Assembly (NCBI GenBank): GCA_016187225.1 | Contig: JACPKC010000002.1 | Coordinates: 3,387-67,386 of the forward strand | Direction of reading: 5' to 3' | Origin: Candidatus Berkelbacteria bacterium | Lineage (GTDB): Bacteria; Patescibacteriota; UBA1384; JACPKC01 | DNA: 64,000 nucleotides | In this document: positions 47,132-57,150 of the stretch, piece by piece | Layout of the letters: every line of letters begins with the position of its first letter | How positions within the stretch are numbered: the first letter of the stretch is position 1 | The notes under the pieces: generated by a model | The model's input: the letters and a program-made list of their open reading frames with translations, nothing else | Told to the model about the DNA's origin: nothing | The model's database searches: none | Made by a program: the position numbers and the translations under genes

Positions 47132-49070
47132 TCAGCCACCCGACTTCCAATTCTTCCATAAAGGTAATGCCATCGGCAACCGGTCGGAAATTTTCTTCGT
47201 AGATTCCAAAGGGCGCATCGGAGGGGACAGAGTAGGTAAAACGAAAAGTTCCAACCTTGCCCGGCTCAACACGACGTTCTTGTAAGCGGATTCGATTTGA
47301 GCTCAACCAGCCGCTGGTTTCAATCGCTGATCTTGAGAATTTATTCAAAGCCGGTATGCGATCTTGAGGCAGATTCGTGGCCAAATGCACTAGATCATCA
47401 TCCCAATACGTGCTCCCAGTGTTTTTAAGAGTGACTTCAAAAGCAAGCGTCGTGCCAGGCGTTACATTGACTTCGCGAGCTGATTGTTGCACAAGCTCGG
47501 CATGATAAGCTGTGGCTTCGAGCAAGGGCGGTGTAAGATTAATACATTCGGCAAAAACCGAATTAGAAGTTGTAAGAACCGCTTGGTCATTTAAGCGATA
47601 AAGTTGGCTGACACCATCGATGTAGATCAACTCGACGCCAGCGAGAGTCTTGAGGACATTGCCAACGCAATCGAGGTCGCTTGTTGAGGCCTTCCAGTCG
47701 GGTTTGAGGAGAAGAGCATATTCAATGGGATAACCATAACCGGTGGTAAAGAATGACTCGCCAGTGAAGATTGCTCGTTGCGTCATTGGTCTTTGCAGAG
47801 CCGATAAAAAGTAGGTGGAAACGAGGGAAACATTGCTAATGATATGCTCATCTTGCTGAATAATTGCCTGCAAGTCAGAGACAGATTTCAAATGTTCCAA
47901 GGTCATATAGTTAGAGCCGGTGGCAATCCGAGCATTCATTTCTTGAGCGTATGGAATTGGGAAAATCAAAATTGCCGTCACAAGCGTTAAGGCCAACGGG
48001 CGCGCTTTTATTTTTAATAAAGCATTCAGCCCGATCGCGCCAGCGACCGCCAAAAAAGGGATCGATTCATAAAGAAAGCGACTCGGGTAAAAATAAAAAC
48101 CGACCCGCGGTAAAAATGATAGGGCGAAGCTCACTAGCACCCAGGTGACTGAAAAGATCAGTGCTTGACGTCGCATTTGATTGTTTTTTTTAATCACAAC
48201 GCCGAGGCCAAAGAGAGCAAGGAGTGAAAGGGGTAGACCAAGAGCGACGACGTAACCAGGCAGAGTGATGAATTCGCGAAACGGCCCAGGCTCCCAATAG
48301 GTTGGGACACTCACAATATACTCAATTGTCTGCCAAGGCGCTCGGATCAATTCCGGCCAACGCCAAAGCGCCACTCCGTTTGCCACAACGAACACAAAGA
48401 TCAGCCACCATTTTCTGCGGATCTTATGCAAGAGCGTTTTCCTCTCCGGCCAGGCGAACATGAAGAACGTGATGACGGCAACCGGTACAAAAAGCATAAA
48501 TGAGAGCGATTTATGAGTGAGATACAGTAAGATGCCAGTTAAAAGATAGATCAGCAAGACGGCACTTAAGCGTCTTTTGCGTGTCAGAAAAAGCGCTACA
48601 CAGCCAACAATTAGAAAAGCGAGAAAATTAGCCAGAGTTGCGCTGTTAATCAAAAAAAGCATGCCAAATGAAGTTGCAAGGAGAATTGGGATAGCGGCGA
48701 TCAAGCCATCAAGACGTTTTGCGAGTAACCCTAAAACAGTCGCAATCGCAACCAAAATTCCGAGTTCGAGCAATGAAAAGAGCGGGTAATCAAAGTCGAG
48801 TTGCCCACCAGTGAGATACCAGAGTCCACTTAAAAGCGCGACCGGCAAGGGGCTTTCATACGGCACGCGACCATAGGGCGCAATTCCTTCGTGAGTCGGC
48901 AAGAGCCGATGGGCGCGGACAGCTTCAACGGCATCGATGATGTAGGTATTGGCATCGGCGCCGGGCGGCGTTGGCTTACTGAAAGTGGGCGTTAGAATCA
49001 ACCCGGCCAGAATTAGACTCAAGCCAAATAACAACCACTCAACGCTTATTTTACGAAGCGCTCTTATCAT
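47094..49070 (-). CDS. GT-C-like polytopic membrane protein with C-terminal NBR1-type Ig-like domain
   Basis: PPGADANTY first-loop motif; many TM segments; C-terminal LKNTG..W...NRI.LQE..V.PG..GTF.F...G.Y.E.FR.VADG. Confidence 0.7.
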   Translation of the reverse strand: MIRALRKISVEWLLFGLSLILAGLILTPTFSKPTPPGADANTYIIDAVEAVRAHRLLPTHEGIAPYGRVPYESPLPVALLSGLWYLTGGQLDFDYPLFSLLELGILVAIATVLGLLAKRLDGLIAAIPILLATSFGMLFLINSATLANFLAFLIVGCVALFLTRKRRLSAVLLIYLLTGILLYLTHKSLSFMLFVPVAVITFFMFAWPERKTLLHKIRRKWWLIFVFVVANGVALWRWPELIRAPWQTIEYIVSVPTYWEPGPFREFITLPGYVVALGLPLSLLALFGLGVVIKKNNQMRRQALIFSVTWVLVSFALSFLPRVGFYFYPSRFLYESIPFLAVAGAIGLNALLKIKARPLALTLVTAILIFPIPYAQEMNARIATGSNYMTLEHLKSVSDLQAIIQQDEHIISNVSLVSTYFLSALQRPMTQRAIFTGESFFTTGYGYPIEYALLLKPDWKASTSDLDCVGNVLKTLAGVELIYIDGVSQLYRLNDQAVLTTSNSVFAECINLTPPLLEATAYHAELVQQSAREVNVTPGTTLAFEVTLKNTGSTYWDDDLVHLATNLPQDRIPALNKFSRSAIETSGWLSSNRIRLQERRVEPGKVGTFRFTYSVPSDAPFGIYEENFRPVADGITFMEELEVGWLISVVPPDTLPMS

Positions 49071-49079
49071 TGAGCTAGA

Positions 49080-50261
49080 TTATAGCAAGTCGGCGACGCG
49101 GAGCAGTAGTTGGGCAATTGGTTGCCAGGCGTAGTGTTCGCGAACAAGTTTTTGCATCTTTCTCACCTCTTGAACGCGTTGTTTTTCGGATAATGTGAGG
49201 ATAGCTTGGGCAATGGACGCGCCAATTTGTTCGGGTTGATCCATATTGATCGGGTGACCACCTATATCGCGCAAAACATAACGCAAAGATTTTCGGTCAG
49301 CAAGAATCGGATAACAGCCACCTGCAATCGCCTGCAAAACTACGATTCCAAAACCCTCATTAAGAGAGGGAAAGACTAGAAAATGAGCGCTCTGACAGTA
49401 TTTGACAAGCATTTCATCGCTAACTTTGCCGGCAAAGGTGACGGCCTGGCCAAGTTTTTCTTTTGAAACCTGCACTTCCAAAGTTGATTGATAACCTTGA
49501 TCTTCACCCACGATTGTTAGTCGAGCTTTGGGACGTTTTTTGAGAATCTTTTTCAGGGCCTGAATTGCATACTGCGCGCCCTTATACTCAACTAATCGCC
49601 CAATAAACAAAAGTTCAAGCTGATCCGCGCGCCGGGCGGCCGAATTGCCTGCGAATTGAGCTGAATCGACGCCGACCGGAATGACGTGAATTTTTTCGCG
49701 TTTGGCGCCTAAAGCTAGATATTCCTCAACATTCGCATCAGTCAGAGCGATGAGCGCATCATAAGAATTCAGCATATGCCTACCCAGAGTGCGATCGTGC
49801 AAGTTTAAGGCTAGTCGGGCCGCTAATGATTGATGAGGCTGGGTTAAATCATAACCCGAGAGAACAAGTTTAGGGCGCCGAGCGCGCTGGGGCAAAAGCG
49901 GATAAAGCGGCTCAAAAAAAGTATAGCCGTGCGCATGAATGAGATCGAAATCTTCCTTATGCTTGCGCACCCAGGCATAGAGGGCTGGCGTCCACATGCC
50001 GGTATAAAATTGAAAGCGGGGCGGGAAACGTAAGACCCGAACCTTGGAGCGCTCCTCGTTCTCGAGTTGAGCTGGATACGTTGAGCGACGTATCCAGCCT
50101 CGGGCGGTCCAACCAAAAACATCAAATTGATTCAGCGAGGTCGTGGTGACAACGGTCACTTCATGACCAAGCTCGCCGAGCGTCCAGGCAATGTGAGCGG
50201 CGGTGCTTTGCGATCCGCCAATCGAGGGTGGGAAGCGGTGGACAAGTTCAAGGATTTTCAT
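49080..50261 (-). CDS. Glycosyltransferase family 4
   Basis: PPSIGG, FIGRLVEYKG and EGFGIV motifs. Confidence 0.92.
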   Translation of the reverse strand: MKILELVHRFPPSIGGSQSTAAHIAWTLGELGHEVTVVTTTSLNQFDVFGWTARGWIRRSTYPAQLENEERSKVRVLRFPPRFQFYTGMWTPALYAWVRKHKEDFDLIHAHGYTFFEPLYPLLPQRARRPKLVLSGYDLTQPHQSLAARLALNLHDRTLGRHMLNSYDALIALTDANVEEYLALGAKREKIHVIPVGVDSAQFAGNSAARRADQLELLFIGRLVEYKGAQYAIQALKKILKKRPKARLTIVGEDQGYQSTLEVQVSKEKLGQAVTFAGKVSDEMLVKYCQSAHFLVFPSLNEGFGIVVLQAIAGGCYPILADRKSLRYVLRDIGGHPINMDQPEQIGASIAQAILTLSEKQRVQEVRKMQKLVREHYAWQPIAQLLLRVADLL

Positions 50262-50302
50262 ATGAGGGAGTGTGAGTGCATTTTCGTTTATTCCTAAAAG
50301 AA

Positions 50303-51412
50303 TTATGCAATGAGTTCGCTATAGAGCATGAGATGACTGGCAACAGACGCATCCCAGGAAAAACTTCTTCTTTTAATCTTATCAAATTTATTTCGTTGCG
50401 CTAATTTGAGGGCGCGTGCGAGGGCTTGACTGTTGCCAGTTTCGAAAAAGATTACCTTGCCCGATACAACTTCTGGCAAGGAGCCAGCGCGACTCGCAAT
50501 GATTGGTCGGTCCATGGCGCAGGCTTCAGCCGCACTGAAGCCGAAGCCCTCGGCAAGCGAGGGCACAACTACACAGTCGGCGCTCGCTAGAATCCTAGGC
50601 AAGCGCGCTCGAGGCAGTGGTGGGCGTAAGGTAATTTTTGTTTGCAGTCCTAGGCGTTGAATCTGTTGCTCGATGGCGCGGTAACCAGCTTTGGGATCTT
50701 GACCCAAGATCAAGAGTAAGTGCGCCTTGACTGGTTGGGTCTGCATCGCGTCGATGAGCAAGCTAACACCTTTAGAGATGCCTGGTCGACCAAAGTACAG
50801 AAAAAGAAACTTTCGCGCATAACCTAGCCTATTTTTTTCATGTTCGTGATGATAGCGAGTTGGGGCAAAGAGTTTTTCATCGATGCCGTTGTGGATGATG
50901 CGAACTTTTTTTTTGGCGCCGCGCAGGGCGATCAGGTCTCTTGAGGTTGCCTGTGAGACGGCAATGAATTGGTCGAAAGGGAGACGCAGAATGAGTTGTT
51001 CAATGAGAAAATAGATCAGCGCGAGCGGGAAGGTAAGGTCGTAGTGGAACCAGCGTCGTCCCCAGACTTCATGCACCGTAACGACCACCGGTTTTCGAAG
51101 CAATTTTCCTGCTAAAAATGCGGGCAGGGCGGCATTGTAGGTAGTCGTATGAATAAGATCAGCGCTCCGCGCGTGCTTAAAAATAGTTGGTAGCGCGAGA
51201 CAAGTAAACCAGTAGCGGCGTGAAAATGGTGGTGTAGCGACGCGCCGAATTGTTATTCCGCGCCAGTTCTCGATGAGTGCGTTATTTGGCAGACGAGTGG
51301 CGATCGCCATAAGAGTATGATTTTTAACGAGTCGTGTCGCCAGCTCTTCGAAAAGCACAGTCACGCCGCCGACGAACGGGTAAAAATGTTCCAACACAAA
51401 GAGAATCTTCAT
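50303..51412 (-). CDS. Glycosyltransferase family 4
   Basis: MKILFVLEHFYP.VGG and EGFGFSAAEA motifs. Confidence 0.92.
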   Translation of the reverse strand: MKILFVLEHFYPFVGGVTVLFEELATRLVKNHTLMAIATRLPNNALIENWRGITIRRVATPPFSRRYWFTCLALPTIFKHARSADLIHTTTYNAALPAFLAGKLLRKPVVVTVHEVWGRRWFHYDLTFPLALIYFLIEQLILRLPFDQFIAVSQATSRDLIALRGAKKKVRIIHNGIDEKLFAPTRYHHEHEKNRLGYARKFLFLYFGRPGISKGVSLLIDAMQTQPVKAHLLLILGQDPKAGYRAIEQQIQRLGLQTKITLRPPLPRARLPRILASADCVVVPSLAEGFGFSAAEACAMDRPIIASRAGSLPEVVSGKVIFFETGNSQALARALKLAQRNKFDKIKRRSFSWDASVASHLMLYSELIA

Positions 51413-51523
51413 GGGTAAATAGTAAGTGGTGATTAGGGATGTGTGAAGAGCCAGCAATCTTGGAGACTATTGCCTATTGCCTACTTACTTAAGTACGCTT
51501 CACTCAAATGCAAAAGGAGAACT

Positions 51524-52594
51524 ATGTCAGAAGCAGAAAAACGTGGGCAAAAACGACGGGCGCTTATCACTGGTATTACTGGCCAAGACGGTTCTTATTT
51601 AGCTGAACACTTGCTTGAATTGGGTTATGAGGTTTATGGCTTGGTCAGGGCGCTCTCGACAACCAATCATACAAACATTGCTCATCTTAAAAACAAAGTG
51701 ACACTCCTCGGAGGCGATCTTCTCGATAAAACTTCTTTGATCGCGGCGATACGCTTGGCGAATCCTGATGAAGTCTATAATCTAGCCGCTCAATCGTTTG
51801 TTCATCTTTCTTGGGAGCAACCTGTGCTAACTGCTGAATTCACGGGTCTCGGCGTACTGCGTATGCTCGAAGCAATTCGAGAAGTGAGTCCAAAGATTAA
51901 GTTTTACCAAGCCTCGTCGAGCGAGATGTTCGGTAAGGTTGTTTCTGCCCCGCAAGTTGAGACTACTCGGTTTTGGCCGAGAAGCCCTTACGCCGTTGCT
52001 AAAGTATTTGGTCATTACATAACAGTTAATTATCGCGAATCATATAATTTGTTCGCATGTTGCGGCATCTTATTTAATCATGAATCACCACGTCGAGGTC
52101 TCCAATTTGTGACACGTAAGATTACCGATGCCGTGGCGCGTATTCATCACGGTCTTGCCCAAGAGGTTCGTCTCGGCAATCTGGATGCTAAGCGTGATTG
52201 GGGGTTTGCTGGCGACTATGTGCGCGCCATGCATGCGATGCTTCAGGCTGAAAAACCAGATGACTATGTAATTGCCACGAGTGAGACGCATTCTGTTGCG
52301 GAGTTTGTTGAACAAGCTTTTCGCGTTATCGGAATAAAAGATTGGAAAAAATATGTTGCTATCGACAAAAGATTTTTACGGCCGGCAGAGGTGCAACTTT
52401 TGCGCGGCGACGCTAGTAAGGCACGTAAAGTGCTTAAATGGGAACCGAAGGTCTCCTTTTCGGAACTGGTTGAGATGATGGTTCGATCAGATATCATGCG
52501 TGTTGAGCTTGAGCTCGCACATGCTCAAACCGCTCAAGCCCTGAACCAACTTGAATCTTTTCGCCAGCCTGAAGTTCAGCAGACGCTAGGCTAA
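51524..52594 (+). CDS. gmd: GDP-mannose 4,6-dehydratase
   Basis: [35 protein letters not shown] and RDWG motifs. Confidence 0.96.
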   Translation: MSEAEKRGQKRRALITGITGQDGSYLAEHLLELGYEVYGLVRALSTTNHTNIAHLKNKVTLLGGDLLDKTSLIAAIRLANPDEVYNLAAQSFVHLSWEQPVLTAEFTGLGVLRMLEAIREVSPKIKFYQASSSEMFGKVVSAPQVETTRFWPRSPYAVAKVFGHYITVNYRESYNLFACCGILFNHESPRRGLQFVTRKITDAVARIHHGLAQEVRLGNLDAKRDWGFAGDYVRAMHAMLQAEKPDDYVIATSETHSVAEFVEQAFRVIGIKDWKKYVAIDKRFLRPAEVQLLRGDASKARKVLKWEPKVSFSELVEMMVRSDIMRVELELAHAQTAQALNQLESFRQPEVQQTLG

Positions 52595-52942
52595 CTACTC
52601 TTCGCGTTTCTGGCGTGTTGAGAATTCTTGAATTGCCAAATCGGAGATGAGGTGATCAACGCGACGCTCAATTCGATCAGCCTTGAGATAAAACCGATAT
52701 GAGAGGAAGAGTAGGAATACCAAACCGATCCCAAGGATAGTGCCTTGCCCCGTGCTCGGACCGAAAATTTTTTCGCGGACTATGTCAAGTGAAGCTGGAA
52801 AGATTGCCGCCCAGGCGACGCCGATCCAGGTGAAAAGCCAAAATAGAAAAACCACAAAGGGCTCGCGACCATGACGAAATTCATCATAGGATTTAGCAAT
52901 CACAAGCGCGGCTAAAAAACCGACAATGGCAGAGGCGATCAT
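52595..52942 (-). CDS. DUF2304-family small membrane protein (GacJ-like)
   Basis: Three TM segments with W...W, FP and a C-terminal IERRVDHLISDLAI helix; downstream of a DPM-like GT2. Confidence 0.75.
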   Translation of the reverse strand: MIASAIVGFLAALVIAKSYDEFRHGREPFVVFLFWLFTWIGVAWAAIFPASLDIVREKIFGPSTGQGTILGIGLVFLLFLSYRFYLKADRIERRVDHLISDLAIQEFSTRQKREE

Positions 52943-52948
52943 GAGTTC

Positions 52949-53713
52949 TTATCCCGATAAGGTTTTTCCAAGTAAACGGAGCAAAATGTTGATTCCATTT
53001 AAGGTCGATTGGCCTTTCTTTTTGGAGTATTCAGTGTAGATTGCTCGGATTGGGACTTCACGGATGCGCAATTTTGCCCGCTTGGCCGCGATTAAAATCT
53101 CGGTACAAATTTCATACCCGCTGGTTGAAAGTTGTAAACGCTCGAGGGCACGAAGAGTGTATGCCCGGTAGCCTGATTGAGAGTCGGTTGCGGTAATTCC
53201 ACAGACCGCCCGCAATAGCCAACTGCCGGCATCGTTCAAGATTTGTTTTAAGCGCGGCATGTTTTCACGATCTTTTTTGCGAGTGCCGAGAACGATGTCG
53301 GCTTCATCTCTGATTAAAGGCGATAAAAGATTGTGGAGCTCGTTCGGGTCGTGCTGGCCGTCGGCATCGAGGGTCACTAAATAGGTCGCATGAAGTATTT
53401 GAGCAAGTTTAAAACCGGTTCGGGTCGCCAGACCTACCCCGCTATTCAAGCGATGTTTTGCAACCCAAGCGCCGTGCGCCGTGGCAATTAGACTCGTTTC
53501 ATCGCCAGAGCCATCATCGATAACCAGGGGCTGAATTGCGTCAATGTTGGATAGGGTCTTCGGTAAAGAATTAAGCACGTTGCCAAGCGCCGCCGCTTCA
53601 TTGTAAGCGGGTATTAAAATTACCAGTCGCGCCGTGTCTAAATCAGATGTTTGCTCTTGGACAAAATTGAGGCTGTGCCCAAGTGTAACTGTTGCGACTT
53701 CCTCCCCAGACAT
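52949..53713 (-). CDS. Polyprenyl-phosphate glycosyltransferase (DPM1/GacI-like GT2)
   Basis: IPAYNE, IDDGSGD, TLDADGQH and DSQSGYR motifs. Confidence 0.88.
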   Translation of the reverse strand: MSGEEVATVTLGHSLNFVQEQTSDLDTARLVILIPAYNEAAALGNVLNSLPKTLSNIDAIQPLVIDDGSGDETSLIATAHGAWVAKHRLNSGVGLATRTGFKLAQILHATYLVTLDADGQHDPNELHNLLSPLIRDEADIVLGTRKKDRENMPRLKQILNDAGSWLLRAVCGITATDSQSGYRAYTLRALERLQLSTSGYEICTEILIAAKRAKLRIREVPIRAIYTEYSKKKGQSTLNGINILLRLLGKTLSG

Positions 53714-53729
53714 TTACCCTCCTGCACAT

Positions 53730-54593
53730 CTATTGACTTAATTTAAGTTGCTGATATTCGGCGGCTAGAATGACATTTGAGAGCAAGGAAACAACTGTCA
53801 TCGGACCGACGCCGCCGGGAACAGGGGTTGCAAGTCGGGACTTTGCTTTTGCCGCTTCATCAATATCGCCAACAAGTGTAGCATCCTGCTTCGCAAGTCC
53901 GACGTCAATAAGCACTGTGTTCGGTTTGATCATGTCGGCGGTGATCAGGTTGGCCGTACCAGCCGCACTCACGATTACATCGGCGTCTTGAGTGAGTTTA
54001 GTGAGGTCGCGAGTTGTCCGATCGCCAGTTTGAACTTGAGCGCCGCGAGAAGCCAGCATCCAGGCAAGCGGTCGGCCGACTAAGCGTCCTTGGCCGATAA
54101 TGGTAAATTTTTTGCCACTGATCGGAACCTTATAATATGCAAGCAGACGCAAAATTCCAAGCGGAGTGGCTGGCGGGAAGAGTTCACGCCCAGTTTCTAA
54201 GGCCGCTTCGTTAGTCGCTGTTAGCCCGTCTACGTCCTTTTCCGGCTTAATTGTATTGAGAAGTTGATCGGTATCTAAGTCGGCTGACAATGGAAGTTGG
54301 AGAATAATACCATGCACTAACTGATCCTGATTTAGATCAACCAGCGTCTTGTGAATCTGATCGTATAATGTTTGTGGTCGAGTGGAAGTTTCGAATTCAT
54401 AGACACTTACCCGAACGCCGATTGCTCTCCCGAGTTCGCTCTTGGCGCGGACGTATTTTTCTGTCCGTTCATCGGGATTAACTTTGAGGATCGCCAGATG
54501 AGGTTTAACACCTCGCTTGGCAAGCGCTCGCACACGTTCAATCAACTCTTGCTTAAGTTCTGTCGCGACAGCGCGACCGTCCATAGTGGTCAT
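53730..54593 (-). CDS. folD: Methylenetetrahydrofolate dehydrogenase/cyclohydrolase
   Basis: YV..K, GIILQLPL, KDVDG and TPVPGGVGPMT motifs. Confidence 0.95.
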   Translation of the reverse strand: MTTMDGRAVATELKQELIERVRALAKRGVKPHLAILKVNPDERTEKYVRAKSELGRAIGVRVSVYEFETSTRPQTLYDQIHKTLVDLNQDQLVHGIILQLPLSADLDTDQLLNTIKPEKDVDGLTATNEAALETGRELFPPATPLGILRLLAYYKVPISGKKFTIIGQGRLVGRPLAWMLASRGAQVQTGDRTTRDLTKLTQDADVIVSAAGTANLITADMIKPNTVLIDVGLAKQDATLVGDIDEAAKAKSRLATPVPGGVGPMTVVSLLSNVILAAEYQQLKLSQ

Positions 54594-54605
54594 TCTATTG
54601 CTCGT

Positions 54606-55823
54606 TTATTTCAGCTCGCCGGGAGCGGGGAAAGTTTTTGCGAGGGCACGAACTTGGTTTTGCACTTGGCGGATAACGATATTATTTTGAGAGTTAGAGA
54701 GCACTTTATCGATTAATTCTACGATCTCAAAAATTTGTTTTTCTTTGAAGCCGCGCGTCGTTAAAGCCGGAGTGCCAAGTCGAAGACCTGAAGGATGAGT
54801 AGCTGGCGCCGGATCATCCGGAATGATATTCATATTGGCGATCAGACCTGCCTTCTCGAGGCTAATTTGCGCTTCGCGGCCGCTTATTTTTTTATTTCTC
54901 AAGTCAACTAAAACGAGATGATTTTCAGTGCCGCCGAAACACAATTCATAATTTCGCTCAACTAATGCCTTTGCCAAAATTTGAGTGTTAGTCAAAATTT
55001 GTTTGGCATAAGTTTTAAAAGATGGCCGACTTGCTTCTTCCAAGGCGATCGCCAGCGCCGCAATTTGATTTTGATGCGGACCACCTTGGAGCCCGGGGAA
55101 AACCGCCTTGTCAATTTGTTTTGAGAATGTTTTTTTACACAGAATCAGACCGCCGCGCGGGCCGCGCAGAGTTTTATGAGTAGTTGTGGTAATTATGTCA
55201 AAAACCGACCCTGGGTTATTCAGCAAGCCAGTTACGATTAGACCTGAAATATGCGAGACATCCGCCAGCGTGAGGGCGCCAACTTGATCAGCGATAGACT
55301 TTACACGTTCGTAGTCAATATCGCGCGAATAAGATGAGTAGCCAACCAAAATTAATTTTGGTTTATGTTTGCGCGCAAGCTTTTCCATCTCGGCGTAGTT
55401 GATCTTTCCTTCGAGAGTCGTCTTATAGCGTACGAACGTGTAAAGTCTAGCCGGTAGAGTGACCGGGTGGCCGTGAGTTAAGTGGCCGCCATGCGAAAGA
55501 TCCATGCCAAGAACGGTATCGCCCGGAGCAAGTAGAGCCGAGTAAACCGCCAAGTTTGCTGGCGCGCCCGAGAGTGGCTGAACATTTACATGCTCAACGC
55601 CGTAAAGTTTCTTGGCAAGATCAATTGCTCTTTGTTCAATTTCGTCAACAATGCGATTGCCCGCATAGTAGCGTTTGCCCGGGTAGCCTTCAGAATATTT
55701 ATTGGCTAGTGGTGAGCCTAGAGCGCGCAAAACCGCTTCTGACATGTGATTTTCGCTGGCAATTAAACATAGATCTTCTTGTTGGCGCAAACTTTCTTTG
55801 CGGATTAGCTGTTCAACTTTCAT
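54606..55823 (-). CDS. glyA: Serine hydroxymethyltransferase
   Basis: LIASEN, KYSEGYPGKRYY, GGHLTHG and TTTTHKTLRGPRGG motifs. Confidence 0.97.
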   Translation of the reverse strand: MKVEQLIRKESLRQQEDLCLIASENHMSEAVLRALGSPLANKYSEGYPGKRYYAGNRIVDEIEQRAIDLAKKLYGVEHVNVQPLSGAPANLAVYSALLAPGDTVLGMDLSHGGHLTHGHPVTLPARLYTFVRYKTTLEGKINYAEMEKLARKHKPKLILVGYSSYSRDIDYERVKSIADQVGALTLADVSHISGLIVTGLLNNPGSVFDIITTTTHKTLRGPRGGLILCKKTFSKQIDKAVFPGLQGGPHQNQIAALAIALEEASRPSFKTYAKQILTNTQILAKALVERNYELCFGGTENHLVLVDLRNKKISGREAQISLEKAGLIANMNIIPDDPAPATHPSGLRLGTPALTTRGFKEKQIFEIVELIDKVLSNSQNNIVIRQVQNQVRALAKTFPAPGELK

Positions 55824-57150
55824 TTTTCGCTCCTTCGGTATTCGCGAGTTCAATTTGCGGCCGGCCAATTGAATCATAAACAAAACCCTGTTCCGCCATC
55901 TCACTCGGGTCATACATATTACGGCCGTCGACTATATAAGGGCGCGCAAGAGTTGCGCGAAGTTTTGCAAGATCAAGCTGACGAAATTCGTCCCATTCGG
56001 TAAGGATCACCAGTAGGTCGGCTTTCTGCGCAGTTTCGAGTGCGGTTCTGCCAAAAGTTAAGTTCTTTAAGATTTGTTCGGCTTGATGTTTGGCAACTGG
56101 ATCATAGGCTCGAATCACAGCGCCCACGCGCTGAAGTTCTTCGATAATCGCCACTGCGGGCGCATCGCGCATGTCGTCGGTTTTGGGTTTAAATGCAAGC
56201 CCCCAAACTGCAATGACTGCGCCATTAAGTTTTTTAACGCGGGCGCGAATTTTACGCACGATAAGCTGACGCTGGGAACGATTAATATCCTCAACAGCTT
56301 CTAAAATACTCGCATGCACTCCAGCGTCGTGCGCCATAGCGATCAGCGCTTGCACATCTTTTGGAAAACATGAGCCGCCGTAGCCCACACCCGCATCTAA
56401 AAAGGCTCGCTTGCCAATCCGGGCATCAAGGCGCATGCCCTCGGCAACTTTGGTGACATCGGCGCCGACACTCTCGGCAAGTTGGGCAATTGAGTTGATA
56501 AAGCTAATTTGGGTTGCAAGCATTGAATTTGAGGCATATTTGATAAGTTCGGCCGTTTTCACGTCCGTCATAAGTATAGTCGACTTCAGAGGAACGTAGA
56601 GTTTCTTCATGATACGTCGGACTCGATCATTGTCGTTCTCAATGCCAACCACCACTCGATCCGGATGCATAAAATCAGCGATCGCCGAACCCTCACGCAG
56701 GAATTCTGGATTACTCACGACCGTGAAATGTATAGATGTTTGCTCACGAATTATCCGTCCAACAAGGTCACCTGTGCCGATTGGCACCGTGCTTTTATTT
56801 ACAATAATGACAGGGCGTATTAATGCTTGGCCAATTGCTCGCGCCGCGTCCTCAACAAAGCGAAGATCGGCTCGGCCGTGTTCATCGCTGGGCGTGCCAA
56901 CGGCAATAAAGATAATCTCGGCGTCATCAACTGCGGTTTTGATATTGCTTGTAAAATGAAGGCGTTTTTCGCGTAGATTGCGAGCTAAAATCTCTTCGAT
57001 GCCTGGCTCGTAAATCGGGCTTTTGCCTGTGTTTAAAGAATCGATTTTTTTTTGATCAATATCAACGCCGATGACCTCATTACCCAAATCGGCCAGGCAT
57101 ACGGCTTGGACTAAGCCAACGTAGCCAGTGCCAATAACCGCAAGCTTCAT
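55813..57150 (-). CDS. ugd: UDP-glucose 6-dehydrogenase
   Basis: GTGYVG, SNPEFLREG, GYGGSCFPKD and FKPKTDDMR motifs. Confidence 0.95.
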   Translation of the reverse strand: MKLAVIGTGYVGLVQAVCLADLGNEVIGVDIDQKKIDSLNTGKSPIYEPGIEEILARNLREKRLHFTSNIKTAVDDAEIIFIAVGTPSDEHGRADLRFVEDAARAIGQALIRPVIIVNKSTVPIGTGDLVGRIIREQTSIHFTVVSNPEFLREGSAIADFMHPDRVVVGIENDNDRVRRIMKKLYVPLKSTILMTDVKTAELIKYASNSMLATQISFINSIAQLAESVGADVTKVAEGMRLDARIGKRAFLDAGVGYGGSCFPKDVQALIAMAHDAGVHASILEAVEDINRSQRQLIVRKIRARVKKLNGAVIAVWGLAFKPKTDDMRDAPAVAIIEELQRVGAVIRAYDPVAKHQAEQILKNLTFGRTALETAQKADLLVILTEWDEFRQLDLAKLRATLARPYIVDGRNMYDPSEMAEQGFVYDSIGRPQIELANTEGAKNES

